A DNA stretch of 64,000 nucleotides from Phycisphaera sp. (GTDB taxonomy: Bacteria > Planctomycetota > Phycisphaerae > Phycisphaerales > UBA1924), in assembly GCA_003712165.1 (NCBI GenBank), contig RHLH01000001.1, forward strand, positions 1,459,575 to 1,523,574. The letters run 5' to 3'. The position numbers and the translations under genes were made by a program. The notes under the pieces are model-generated. The model was given only the letters and a program-made list of their open reading frames with translations. It had not been told where the DNA came from and made no database searches. Of this stretch, positions 32,658 through 42,920 are shown piece after piece. Numbering within the stretch: position 1 is the first letter of the stretch; each line of letters starts with the position of its first letter.

Positions 32658-33503
32658 ATGAATACGAGTACAAGCACCAACAAGCTGCTTACGGACAAGC
32701 AGTTCGTGAGAATCTCGAGCATAGCCTTCGACAAGTGGGGGTTGTCTCTGGGCGAGAAGAAAGTGCAGCTCGTCTCGACGAGAGTGTCGAAATACCTGCG
32801 CACGTCTAGGTTCTCTGGAGTTGACGCGTACCTTGACTACATCGAGCAGGAGGCAACCCCGGCCGATCTGCTCGAGCTCTTTGACCTGCTCTCAACAAAC
32901 GTGACGAGTTTCTTTCGTGAGATAGAGCATTTCAACTATCTTGAGCGTGAGTTCTACACCTCGCTGGCGCGTGGAAACACAACGAGACCAGGCAAGCGGA
33001 TCCGTATCTGGTCGGCCGCGTGTTCGACCGGGCCCGAGCCCTACTCCATGGCTATTCAGGCTCTCGAGTGTTTGCCCCAACTTGACAAGTGGGATTTCAA
33101 GATATTGGGGACCGATCTTGCTAACTCTGCCGTAGAGAAAGCCCGCAGCGGTATTTATCCCGCCGCGATGCTAGAGAACATGCCCAAGGAGCTGCTGGCT
33201 AAGTACTTCGAGCCCCAAGGCAGCGGTGAGGATCTCGCCTACAGGGTCAACGATCGAGTGCGCAGCCTTGTGACGATTGGTCAGTTGAATCTGATGGACG
33301 AATGGCCATTCAGAGGCAGGTTCGATGTGGTCTTCTGCAGAAACGTGATGATCTACTTTGACAAACCGACGAAAGATCGATTGGTGAACCGTATCTGCGA
33401 TGTACTCCAGCCCGGCGGCGTGCTTGCCGTTGGAAGCGCTGAGTCAGCAGGTAACGCAAGTCAGGAACTCCGTACGGTTCAGCCGTCGGTGTACGTGAAG
33501 TAA
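32658..33503 (+). CDS. cheR: Chemotaxis protein methyltransferase CheR
   Basis: 281 aa. TSFFRE motif, SAM-binding IWSAACSTGPEPYSMA, FCRNVMIYFD. Confidence 0.9.
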   Translation: MNTSTSTNKLLTDKQFVRISSIAFDKWGLSLGEKKVQLVSTRVSKYLRTSRFSGVDAYLDYIEQEATPADLLELFDLLSTNVTSFFREIEHFNYLEREFYTSLARGNTTRPGKRIRIWSAACSTGPEPYSMAIQALECLPQLDKWDFKILGTDLANSAVEKARSGIYPAAMLENMPKELLAKYFEPQGSGEDLAYRVNDRVRSLVTIGQLNLMDEWPFRGRFDVVFCRNVMIYFDKPTKDRLVNRICDVLQPGGVLAVGSAESAGNASQELRTVQPSVYVK

Positions 33504-33513
33504 AGGGAAATCG

Positions 33514-34041
33514 ATGTCAATCACAGCTGCATCGACAAGCGCAGAGCCTGCCGGCAAGCCAATTACTGTTGGGGTCGCTGATCTGAGCGTGGCCAAGGGG
33601 CCGGGTGTGACCATCGTTACGCATGCTCTCGGATCTTGCATCGGAGTGACGATTTACGACCCGACCACCAACGTTGGCGGCATGCTGCATTTCATGCTTC
33701 CGGATTCCAAGATCAATGCCGACAAAGCCGACGGCAACCCCGCAATGTTCGCGGATACCGGGATCCCCTTGCTCTTCAAGAAGGCGTACGAGCTCGGTGC
33801 AAAGAAGGAGAATCTCATCGTCTGCGCTGCGGGCGGGGCGGAGGTTCTTGTAGACAACGGGCACTTCAAGATCGGCTCGCGAAACCGAACCGTGCTCAGA
33901 AAGATATTCTGGAAGAACAACGTCTTGCTTTCTGCAGACGATACGGGCGGAAATCACAGCCGCACGCTTCATCTATCGCTTGATGATGGGCGAGTTGCCG
34001 TGCGAAACCGCGGAACGGAGAACATCCTGTGGCCGATGTAA
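33514..34041 (+). CDS. cheD: Chemoreceptor glutamine deamidase CheD
   Basis: 175 aa. ALGSCIGVTIYD (catalytic Cys), GGMLHFMLP, GGAEV. Confidence 0.85.
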   Translation: MSITAASTSAEPAGKPITVGVADLSVAKGPGVTIVTHALGSCIGVTIYDPTTNVGGMLHFMLPDSKINADKADGNPAMFADTGIPLLFKKAYELGAKKENLIVCAAGGAEVLVDNGHFKIGSRNRTVLRKIFWKNNVLLSADDTGGNHSRTLHLSLDDGRVAVRNRGTENILWPM

Positions 34042-34907
34042 ATGCACTCATCTCAGATTCTGAGTCGCTTCCCATGCTCCCGACTGCTACGTCGCAGCTC
34101 ATTGGGATGCTCGGTGATGATGACGTCTCAATCAACGATGTCGCCGAGATAGTTCGTGTCGATGAAGCACTTAGCTTCGCAGTACTTCGTTACGCGAACT
34201 CTGCAGCGTTTGGAGTCCCGTCACGCAAGTTCGATCTTCGAGAGAGTATCGTTAGGCTGGGCCGAAGCGCACTCACTAAAATCGTACTCGAGCAGCAGGC
34301 GGCGACCGTCTTCAGCGGCGGATGCGACGCGTTCGAACTCAGCAGGGAACGCCTCTGGCGCGGCGCAATCGGCGGCGCACTTGCTGCAGAAAGCCTGGCT
34401 GCTGAGCACAACCCGGAACTCAAGGATCTAGCGTTCGTAACCGGGCTTGTTCGCGATGTTGGCAAGCTTGTGCTCGATCGTGCCTACGGGGTTGACTATG
34501 TCACGTCAGTCCAGAGCAAGCTGTACGCCGATCGCACATTTGTCGACGCCGAGCGGGAAGCCTTCGGGACAGATCATGCTCAGGTAGGTGCTGCTCTTTG
34601 CCGTCATTGGCAGTTGCCAGAGCGGATCGCTCGTGCGGTTGAGTACCATCACTGCCCGCCAGAGGACGGAGAACTCCATGATGAGCTCACCGATTTCGTC
34701 CACGCAGGCGACATCGTCGCATTGTGGTCAGGTATCTCGCTCGGAAGCGACGGACTTCAGTACGAGCTGGCGGACCACGTAAAGAAGAGTCTCAAACTCT
34801 CACGGAGAGCAGCGGAGCGAGCTATCGCCTCTATGTGGGACTCTCTGCGCAGCATCGAAGAAGCGCTCGGTATCGAGACCGAGGACAAGGAAAGGAATAT
34901 CGCATGA
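34029..34907 (+). CDS. HDOD-domain signalling protein
   Basis: 292 aa. LPMLPTATSQLIGMLGDDDVSINDVAEIVRVDEALSFAVLRYANSAAFG, DHAQVGAAL, and the YHH block. The GTV start at 34029 is uncertain; an alternative ATG is at 34074. Confidence 0.75.
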   Translation: MADVNALISDSESLPMLPTATSQLIGMLGDDDVSINDVAEIVRVDEALSFAVLRYANSAAFGVPSRKFDLRESIVRLGRSALTKIVLEQQAATVFSGGCDAFELSRERLWRGAIGGALAAESLAAEHNPELKDLAFVTGLVRDVGKLVLDRAYGVDYVTSVQSKLYADRTFVDAEREAFGTDHAQVGAALCRHWQLPERIARAVEYHHCPPEDGELHDELTDFVHAGDIVALWSGISLGSDGLQYELADHVKKSLKLSRRAAERAIASMWDSLRSIEEALGIETEDKERNIA

Positions 34908-35283
34908 GTTGTAACCTGCTAATCGTCGACGACTCACCCATCCTGCGCTCAGCGATCAAGAAAGTCGTCAAGCTCGCGGGCCTCGAGGAAGACAGGATAT
35001 TCGAAGCCGGAAACGGCAAGGAAGCCCTGGAGATTATGTCTACCGTTTGGATCGATCTTGTGCTGCTCGATCTCAACATGCCCGTGATGAACGGCGAAGA
35101 GTTCGCTGAAGAACTTCGCAAGCAAGACGATCTTAAGGATGCCGCGGTAGTTGTTGTCAGCACCGAAAGCAATGAAGATCGCCTGAACCGGATGCGCGAA
35201 CTCGGTGCGATCGAAGTACTCCACAAGCCGTTCGAGCCGGAGGATCTGAGAAAGATCATTGTTACCAACCTAGGGGTGAAGCT

Positions 35284-35287
<4 letters not shown>
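34904..35287 (+). CDS. cheY: CheY-like single-domain response regulator
   Basis: ATG 34904 overlaps the HDOD stop (ATGA). LLIVDDSP, LVLLDLNMPVMNG (acceptor Asp), VLHKPF. Confidence 0.85.
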
Positions 35288-36842
<1,555 letters not shown>

Positions 36843-36891
36843 TCAATGACGCCCTACTCAAACGGGCGCACTACGCTTTAGCCAACTCCTG

Positions 36892-38745
36892 GTGAGGCGA
36901 ACCCGATCCGTGCTGCTGACCGCGAAGGACATCACGAAGACTTATGTGCTCAGGACGCTCTTTCGAGACCTAAACCTTGTCATTGAGCCCGGGGAGAGGA
37001 TCGGTGTCATCGGGCCTAACGGCGCCGGCAAAAGCACACTTCTTAAGATCTTCGCAGGCATCGTCCAGCCCGACGGCGGTCGTATCGCCAGCGCTCCCGG
37101 TCTAAAGGCCGTTTACGTTCCGCAGGACGACACCTTTGAGCCCGGTACAACCCCTCGATCGATCGTCACGCAAGCCGCGATGAACGCGGTAGAGGTCCAC
37201 GATGAGCACGAGGCAGAAACCCTCGCGGGGATACAACTCGGCAAAGCAGGATTCAATGAGTCGAATGTCAATGCCGAGGCGCACAGCCTCTCGGGCGGGT
37301 GGCGCAAACGGCTCACGATCGCGAGGGCGCTGGCCGAGGGCAGCGGCGACCCAGACCTCATCATGCTCGATGAGCCGACGAATCACCTCGATCTTGTTGG
37401 AATCAAATGGCTCGAATCGATCGTCAAGAAATCGGCAGGCGGGTCGGGCGGCAGTTCGGCGATTTTCGTCACGCATGACCGTGCTTTCCTCGAGTCCGTC
37501 GCAACTCGGATCATCGAGATCAGCGACGCGTACGCAGAGGGCATGTTCAGCGTCCGGGGGAACTACACGGAATTCCTCCGACGCAAGGAGGAATACCTCG
37601 ACTCGATTGCCAAAGCAGAACAGGTGCTCTCGAATCAGGTCCGCAAGGATCTGGACTGGCTCTCCAGAGGGCCGCAAGGGCGTCAGACAAAGGCGAAGGG
37701 CAGGATCGACGCGAGCCACGACAGGATGCGTTCACTGGATGAGCTTCGGGCGCTCAACGTCGCGGCTTCGCGAAAGGGAGCTGGGCTCGATTTCAACGCC
37801 TCTGATCGCAAGACCAGGAAATTGCTTGTTGCGAAGGGGCTTACCAAATCGCTTGGCGGGAAGCGGCTCTTCACGGGTCTGGATCTGACGCTTAGTCCCG
37901 GGACCTGCGTCGGGCTGCTGGGTCCTAACGGCAGCGGAAAGACGACGCTCATCCGCGTGCTCACAGGCAGACTCGAAGCCGACGAAGGAAACATCAAGCT
38001 CGCAGACCCGAAGCCCGAGATGGTGCTCTTCAGCCAATACCGCGAGTCGTTCGACCCCGAAACCCCGCTCCGTACGGCCCTCTCTCCAGGGGCCGAGCAG
38101 GTCAACTTCAGAGGCAAGTCTGTCCACATCATTGGCTGGGCGAAACGTTTCCTGTTCAAGGAAGAACAGCTGGATCAGCCCGTGAAATCGCTCAGCGGCG
38201 GCGAGCTTGCTCGTATCCACATCGCGAGCATCATGCTTCAGCCCGCGGATGTTCTCGTGCTTGATGAGCCGACCAACGACCTCGATATACCGACGCTCGA
38301 GATACTTGAGGAGGCGCTCGAGGACTTCCCGGGCACTCTCATCCTCGTAACCCACGACCGGGCAATGCTCGACAGGCTTGCCACGACGTACGTCGCTCTC
38401 GACGGACAGGGAGAAAGCGGCGTTTACGCGAGCCTAAACCAGGCGCTCGACGCCACGGTCGTGGAGACGCCGAAGCCGTCCACCAAGCCTGCCGGCGGCG
38501 GGGGGCTCAAGCCCAAAACCGGCAAGAAGGGTCTGACGTATCACGAGAAGCGTGAATACGCGTCGATCGAGGATGTCATCGCCGAAGCAGAACTGGTTCT
38601 CGAATCAGCACAGGCCAAGCTATCAGACCCGGAGGTTTCCGCGGACCACTCTAAAATGACCCTGGCTTGTCAAGAGCTTGACGAGGCTCAGAAGGAAGTC
38701 GAACGCCTCTACGCCCGATGGGAAGAACTGGAGGCCAAGGCGTAA
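36892..38745 (+). CDS. ABC-F family ATPase (Uup/YheS-like, no membrane domain)
   Basis: 617 aa, GTG start. GPNGAGKST / LSGGWRKR / LIMLDEPTNHLD and GPNGSGKTT / LSGGELAR / VLVLDEPTNDLD. C-terminal coiled-coil tail. Confidence 0.9.
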   Translation: MRRTRSVLLTAKDITKTYVLRTLFRDLNLVIEPGERIGVIGPNGAGKSTLLKIFAGIVQPDGGRIASAPGLKAVYVPQDDTFEPGTTPRSIVTQAAMNAVEVHDEHEAETLAGIQLGKAGFNESNVNAEAHSLSGGWRKRLTIARALAEGSGDPDLIMLDEPTNHLDLVGIKWLESIVKKSAGGSGGSSAIFVTHDRAFLESVATRIIEISDAYAEGMFSVRGNYTEFLRRKEEYLDSIAKAEQVLSNQVRKDLDWLSRGPQGRQTKAKGRIDASHDRMRSLDELRALNVAASRKGAGLDFNASDRKTRKLLVAKGLTKSLGGKRLFTGLDLTLSPGTCVGLLGPNGSGKTTLIRVLTGRLEADEGNIKLADPKPEMVLFSQYRESFDPETPLRTALSPGAEQVNFRGKSVHIIGWAKRFLFKEEQLDQPVKSLSGGELARIHIASIMLQPADVLVLDEPTNDLDIPTLEILEEALEDFPGTLILVTHDRAMLDRLATTYVALDGQGESGVYASLNQALDATVVETPKPSTKPAGGGGLKPKTGKKGLTYHEKREYASIEDVIAEAELVLESAQAKLSDPEVSADHSKMTLACQELDEAQKEVERLYARWEELEAKA

Positions 38746-38776
38746 TTCATCCGACCACATCGGATAACACCAACCC

Positions 38777-41221
38777 ATGACCAACAATGATGACAACGCG
38801 GGCAGCACGAAGCCGCGCGATGTCTCTCTCAACGTTCTGAGGGGGCCGAATCAGAGAAAGAGGCCCCATTCGAAGATGGGCAAACGCCGGGCCGCGGTGC
38901 TGATCTTCGTGCACATCCTTATTGTTGCTCACATCATCCAGTGGCTCATCACGGGATCAACGGTTTCGCCGGTCGAGCCGAGCGAGTCGATGGAAACGCT
39001 CGAGTTCGGCGAGGTCAACGCCGGATTTATCTTCTTTGTGCTTGCCATACTCGCAACCTTTGTGTTCGGGCGTTTTTTCTGCGGCTGGGGGTGCCACGTG
39101 GTGGCTCTCCAAGACGCCTGCACGTGGATGATGAACAAGATGGGCGTGCGGCCCAAGCCTTTCCGATCGAGGCTGCTAGTCTGGGCGCCGCTCATCTTCG
39201 GGCTCTACATGTTTGTCTGGCCCACGTTCAAGAAGGTTGCGCTCTTCCCGGTGCTCATGTCGGTGGGCATCGATCCTCCCATTTGGCTCGGCGGTGTCGC
39301 AGAGTTTCACGGGTTCAGTTCTGCTGTCATCGTTGAGGATTTCTGGGCAACCTTCCCGCCCTGGTTTGTCGCGATCCCGTTCTTCCTGGTCGTTGGGTTC
39401 GCAGCGGTGTACTTCCTTGGGTCGAAGGGATTCTGCACGTACGGGTGCCCCTACGGCGGGATATTTGGTGTCGCCGATCAGATGAGCCCGGGTCGTATCG
39501 TTGTGAACGACAACTGCCAGCATTGCGGCCACTGTACAGCAGTCTGCACGTCGAATGTCCGTGTCGCCGAAGAGGTGCGTGACTTCGGTATGGTTGTTGA
39601 CCCGGGCTGCATGAAGTGTCTCGATTGCGTGAGCGCGTGTCCGAACGATGCTCTGTGCTTCTCATTCGCCAAGCCCGCGATCCTGACGAAACCGGTCGAT
39701 GACGCCGCGAAGCAGCGGCGTGATAAAATCAAATCAAACCCGAAGCGGTTCGATCTCACCTGGCCCGAAGAGATCGCACTCGCTCTGGTATTTATCGCCA
39801 CGTTCATGGCTTTCCGGGGAATGCTGAACCTTGTACCCATGCTCATGGCTGCGGGCATGGCAGGGCTTGGCACGTTCGCGGCGTGGAAGCTCTGGTCGCT
39901 TATCACTAAGCCCAACGTGCGCATCCAGAATCTACAGCTTAAAGCCAAAGGTCGGGTGACCAGAACTGGTATGTCCGCCGGCGCGATCTCGACTCTCATC
40001 CTGCTGAGTGCAACCTGGAGCGGCTGGGTCAACGCGAACAGGTTCCGCGCTCACGTCGCACACGAGCGCATCGACGTGCCGCTTCAGATCGTGCTGCGGG
40101 ACGTGTATGTCCCGACAGAGGAAACACTCGCAAGGGCAAAGCGGGGGTATGAATCGTATCGGAACACTGCGGCGTTCTCGGAGGGCGGTTTCGGATGGCC
40201 TCTCAACGCAGAGCAGAAACGCAAGATGGCCTTTCTCGCCCTGATCGTCGGTGATGAAGCGCACGCGACCTCGCTGCTGAGGAAAGTAGTCGAAGAAGGC
40301 AACCCGACCGAGAGCCTCGTCAGGCAGATTGCTCAACTCATGAGAAGGCAGGGGGCGAGCGACAGCGACATCCTGGCATTCCTCCAGCAGCACGTGGAGT
40401 CTCGGGAAACGACCTCGGATCTCGTTCCCGATATCGCGATGCGCCTGACAAACGCCAACAACAACGATCCTTCTGATGCCTTTACCTTCTTCGACAAACT
40501 CATCGGCACCAGAGTCGACAACAGATCGTACAGGCTGCAGGCTGCGGAGTTCTCGATCGCGGCAGCCAGATGGGATCTCGTCCAGAGCTACCTCTCGGGA
40601 GTCGATGAGGAAGAGGTAGACACGGTCAATGACCTGATCCTGCTCGCAAGAATCAGAGCCAAGCTGAGAGAGAGAGAGAGGGCGATCGCTCTACTTCAAC
40701 GTGCTGCGGAGAACGAGAACGCCAGCGCACATCAACTGGGGGTCGTTATCTCGCTCCTATCTGCTGTCGGTGCTCAAGAGCTTGCGCTCTCCGTTGGAAA
40801 GGATGTAGCCGAGCGGTACCCAGAGTCGATCGCCCTGCTCCAGAGCGTGGCGGCGGTCGAGATGAGCCAGGGCGAAGCTGACTCGGGGCGGGCACGCATC
40901 CAGACAGCGGTTTCTCTGGCCGAGGAATCCCCTTGGGAGCTCCTTTCTATTGGTGAGTCTGCGGTGAGATTCGGACTGACTCTCAGGGACCGAGCGACAG
41001 CCGAGATCGGGCTGCAGGCGCTCATGGCTGCACGGGATCTCAAACCGGAATCGCCCATCATCGTCCACGATCTGGGGCAGGCTCTGCTGGCGACCGGGGA
41101 CCTCGACGCCGGGCTTGGGCTCATTAGACAGGCCTCCGAAATGGCTCCCACGAACAAACCGCTCGAGGCGGCGGCCGAACGTGCCCGTCAAAACGTCGAT
41201 CGAGTCCGGCAGGGCAGCTGA
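38777..41221 (+). CDS. Integral-membrane polyferredoxin (NapH/MauN/CcoG-like, 4Fe-4S dicluster) fused to a C-terminal TPR-like helical repeat domain
   Basis: 814 aa. FCGWGCH and CTYGCPYGG membrane-proximal Cys motifs. CQHCGHCTAVCTSN and CMKCLDCVSACPND (2x CxxCxxCxxxC). Several TM segments, then ~400 aa of helical repeats. Confidence 0.7.
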   Translation: MTNNDDNAGSTKPRDVSLNVLRGPNQRKRPHSKMGKRRAAVLIFVHILIVAHIIQWLITGSTVSPVEPSESMETLEFGEVNAGFIFFVLAILATFVFGRFFCGWGCHVVALQDACTWMMNKMGVRPKPFRSRLLVWAPLIFGLYMFVWPTFKKVALFPVLMSVGIDPPIWLGGVAEFHGFSSAVIVEDFWATFPPWFVAIPFFLVVGFAAVYFLGSKGFCTYGCPYGGIFGVADQMSPGRIVVNDNCQHCGHCTAVCTSNVRVAEEVRDFGMVVDPGCMKCLDCVSACPNDALCFSFAKPAILTKPVDDAAKQRRDKIKSNPKRFDLTWPEEIALALVFIATFMAFRGMLNLVPMLMAAGMAGLGTFAAWKLWSLITKPNVRIQNLQLKAKGRVTRTGMSAGAISTLILLSATWSGWVNANRFRAHVAHERIDVPLQIVLRDVYVPTEETLARAKRGYESYRNTAAFSEGGFGWPLNAEQKRKMAFLALIVGDEAHATSLLRKVVEEGNPTESLVRQIAQLMRRQGASDSDILAFLQQHVESRETTSDLVPDIAMRLTNANNNDPSDAFTFFDKLIGTRVDNRSYRLQAAEFSIAAARWDLVQSYLSGVDEEEVDTVNDLILLARIRAKLRERERAIALLQRAAENENASAHQLGVVISLLSAVGAQELALSVGKDVAERYPESIALLQSVAAVEMSQGEADSGRARIQTAVSLAEESPWELLSIGESAVRFGLTLRDRATAEIGLQALMAARDLKPESPIIVHDLGQALLATGDLDAGLGLIRQASEMAPTNKPLEAAAERARQNVDRVRQGS

Positions 41222-41471
41222 GATAACTCAGGATCACCGCATTCAGAATCACCGTATACTGTGTTCGAAGTTTGATTGGGCAGGAGCCATATCCGGACTT
41301 TGCTGTATGGAGAGAATGTCCGCAAATACAACAATCGAAAGAAACTATGCTCCAGGAGCCAAGATTTGTTACACTCGGCTATCTTGGTTTTACCATTCGA
41401 GCCGACCGCAGATGCCTAGTAATGGCTAGGGGGGTGTGCGGCCGGTATGACCGTGAAGAGATATAGGGGAT

Positions 41472-42833
41472 ATGAGAATGAGAATTTGCTTTGCACTCGT
41501 AGGCTGTGCCGCGATGGCTGGATCGGTGTCCGCTCAGGGTGCTGATGTCATCGCTGGTGACATCACTGGCCCGTCCTTCTGGGGCGGCCTCAACGGTGTC
41601 TCGGCCTACTCCATCGGTACCGAGTCGTGCAACATCGGTGATGTCGATCTCCTCTGGGACGACACCACAAGCGATGGAACACCTGCAAACCTTCACCCGC
41701 TCATGTCTCAGAACATGTTCCGCATGAAGGACGGCCGCTTCGAGCAGATCGGACAGAGCTGGCTCAAGCACGCATTCTTCGCTATTCAGGGCAGCGGCCT
41801 CTGCGCCCCGACATGTGACGCGCACCCGACCGGCGACGCCCTCGGCCCAGGCTGCAACGACCCCTACAGCTCAGGTCTCAACGGCTCGCAGAGTGGTCTT
41901 GGTCCGAAGTTCGAGGTCAACGCTGCGACTGGTGCGTACCCGTGGCCCTTCACCGGCGACGGCCAGACCGGCAACGTCCTCTACAAGCGAATCCAGGTCG
42001 ATAACGACGATCTCAACCCCTCGATGAACGCAGGCGCCATGTACTTTGGCGAAGGCCACTACGTGACCCCTGACGACGCCGCGGCTGGCAACGACAACAA
42101 CAACGCGTCGTACCGCCGCATCAACATCGGCAGCTTCTCCAGCGGCGGCTACAACGCCAACTTCACGGGCTCAACGATGCGTGGTTCGCCCGCGATTCAG
42201 GCCTGGCAGGACTTCGATGGAAGCGTCGTACTCAACTCGCTCGACGTCCCCAACGACGGCCGTTTCTGGATTGGGTACAAAACCTCCGACAACGGTGATG
42301 GCACGTGGCACTACGAGTACGCGATCTACAACCTGAACTCCGATCGTTCGGGCGGCAGCTTCCGCGTCCCGATCGGCAACGGTGTGACCGTCACCAACAT
42401 CGGCTTCCACGACGTGGATTACCACTCGGGTGAGCCGTTTGACAACACCGACTGGACCGGTTCGGTCGTCGGCAACGAGGTCGTCTGGAACTCACCCGCC
42501 GACTTCAACACCGATCCCAACACCAACGCCCTCCGCTGGGGCACGCTCTACAACTTCCGCTTCGACGCGGACGCACCGCCCCAGAGCGTCGACGCAGTCC
42601 TCGGCATGTTCAAGCCAGGCGCTCAGACGGACTACAACGTTCCCGGCGCCGGCCCCGAAGGCGCTGACTGCCTCGCCGACGTGAACGGTGACGGCGCCGT
42701 CACCCCGACGGACTTCACCGCCTGGGTCAACGCATTCAACAACAACCTCCCCGAGTGCGATCAGAACGGCGACAACGCATGCACCCCGACGGACTTCACC
42801 GCCTGGGTTGCGAACTTCAACGCCGGCTGCTAA
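41472..42833 (+). CDS. Secreted protein of unknown function with a C-terminal Cys-bounded dockerin-like module
   Basis: 453 aa with signal peptide MRMRICFALVGCAAMAGSVSAQG. I do not recognise the body. The tail is CLADVNGDGAVTPTDFTAWVNAFNNNLPECDQNGDNACTPTDFTAWVANFNAGC. Confidence 0.7.
   Translation: MRMRICFALVGCAAMAGSVSAQGADVIAGDITGPSFWGGLNGVSAYSIGTESCNIGDVDLLWDDTTSDGTPANLHPLMSQNMFRMKDGRFEQIGQSWLKHAFFAIQGSGLCAPTCDAHPTGDALGPGCNDPYSSGLNGSQSGLGPKFEVNAATGAYPWPFTGDGQTGNVLYKRIQVDNDDLNPSMNAGAMYFGEGHYVTPDDAAAGNDNNNASYRRINIGSFSSGGYNANFTGSTMRGSPAIQAWQDFDGSVVLNSLDVPNDGRFWIGYKTSDNGDGTWHYEYAIYNLNSDRSGGSFRVPIGNGVTVTNIGFHDVDYHSGEPFDNTDWTGSVVGNEVVWNSPADFNTDPNTNALRWGTLYNFRFDADAPPQSVDAVLGMFKPGAQTDYNVPGAGPEGADCLADVNGDGAVTPTDFTAWVNAFNNNLPECDQNGDNACTPTDFTAWVANFNAGC
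42669..42833 (+). other. C-terminal double PTDFTAW / DxNxDG dockerin-like module, copy 2
   Basis: Same 4-Cys, two-repeat layout as 6861-7028, and it ends in Gly-Cys-stop. Confidence 0.7.
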
Positions 42834-42855
42834 TCGCGGCTTGCTGAGCAAGTAC

Positions 42856-42900
42856 AAAAACGACCGGCCCGCGGTGAGCTCCGCGGGCCGGTCTCTTTTT
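42856..42900. terminator. Strong bidirectional intrinsic terminator between convergent genes
   Basis: AAAAA-GACCGGCCCGCGG-tgagct-CCGCGGGCCGGTC-TCTTTTT: a 13-bp GC stem flanked by an A-run and a T-run. Confidence 0.75.
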
Positions 42901-42920
42901 GCCTGTTGTCATCGATCTGA

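Noticed and set aside
34724-34903. 60-aa extension of the cheY ORF overlapping the HDOD gene
   Set aside because: The receiver domain starts at MSCNLLIVDD, with ATGA coupling to the HDOD stop. The extension is Arg-rich out-of-frame overlap.
40666-40680. (GA)7.5 dinucleotide tract inside the polyferredoxin-TPR CDS
   Set aside because: It is short and encodes an in-frame RERER segment of a helical repeat. There is no evidence of phase variation, and it is not a CRISPR or microsatellite locus of note.
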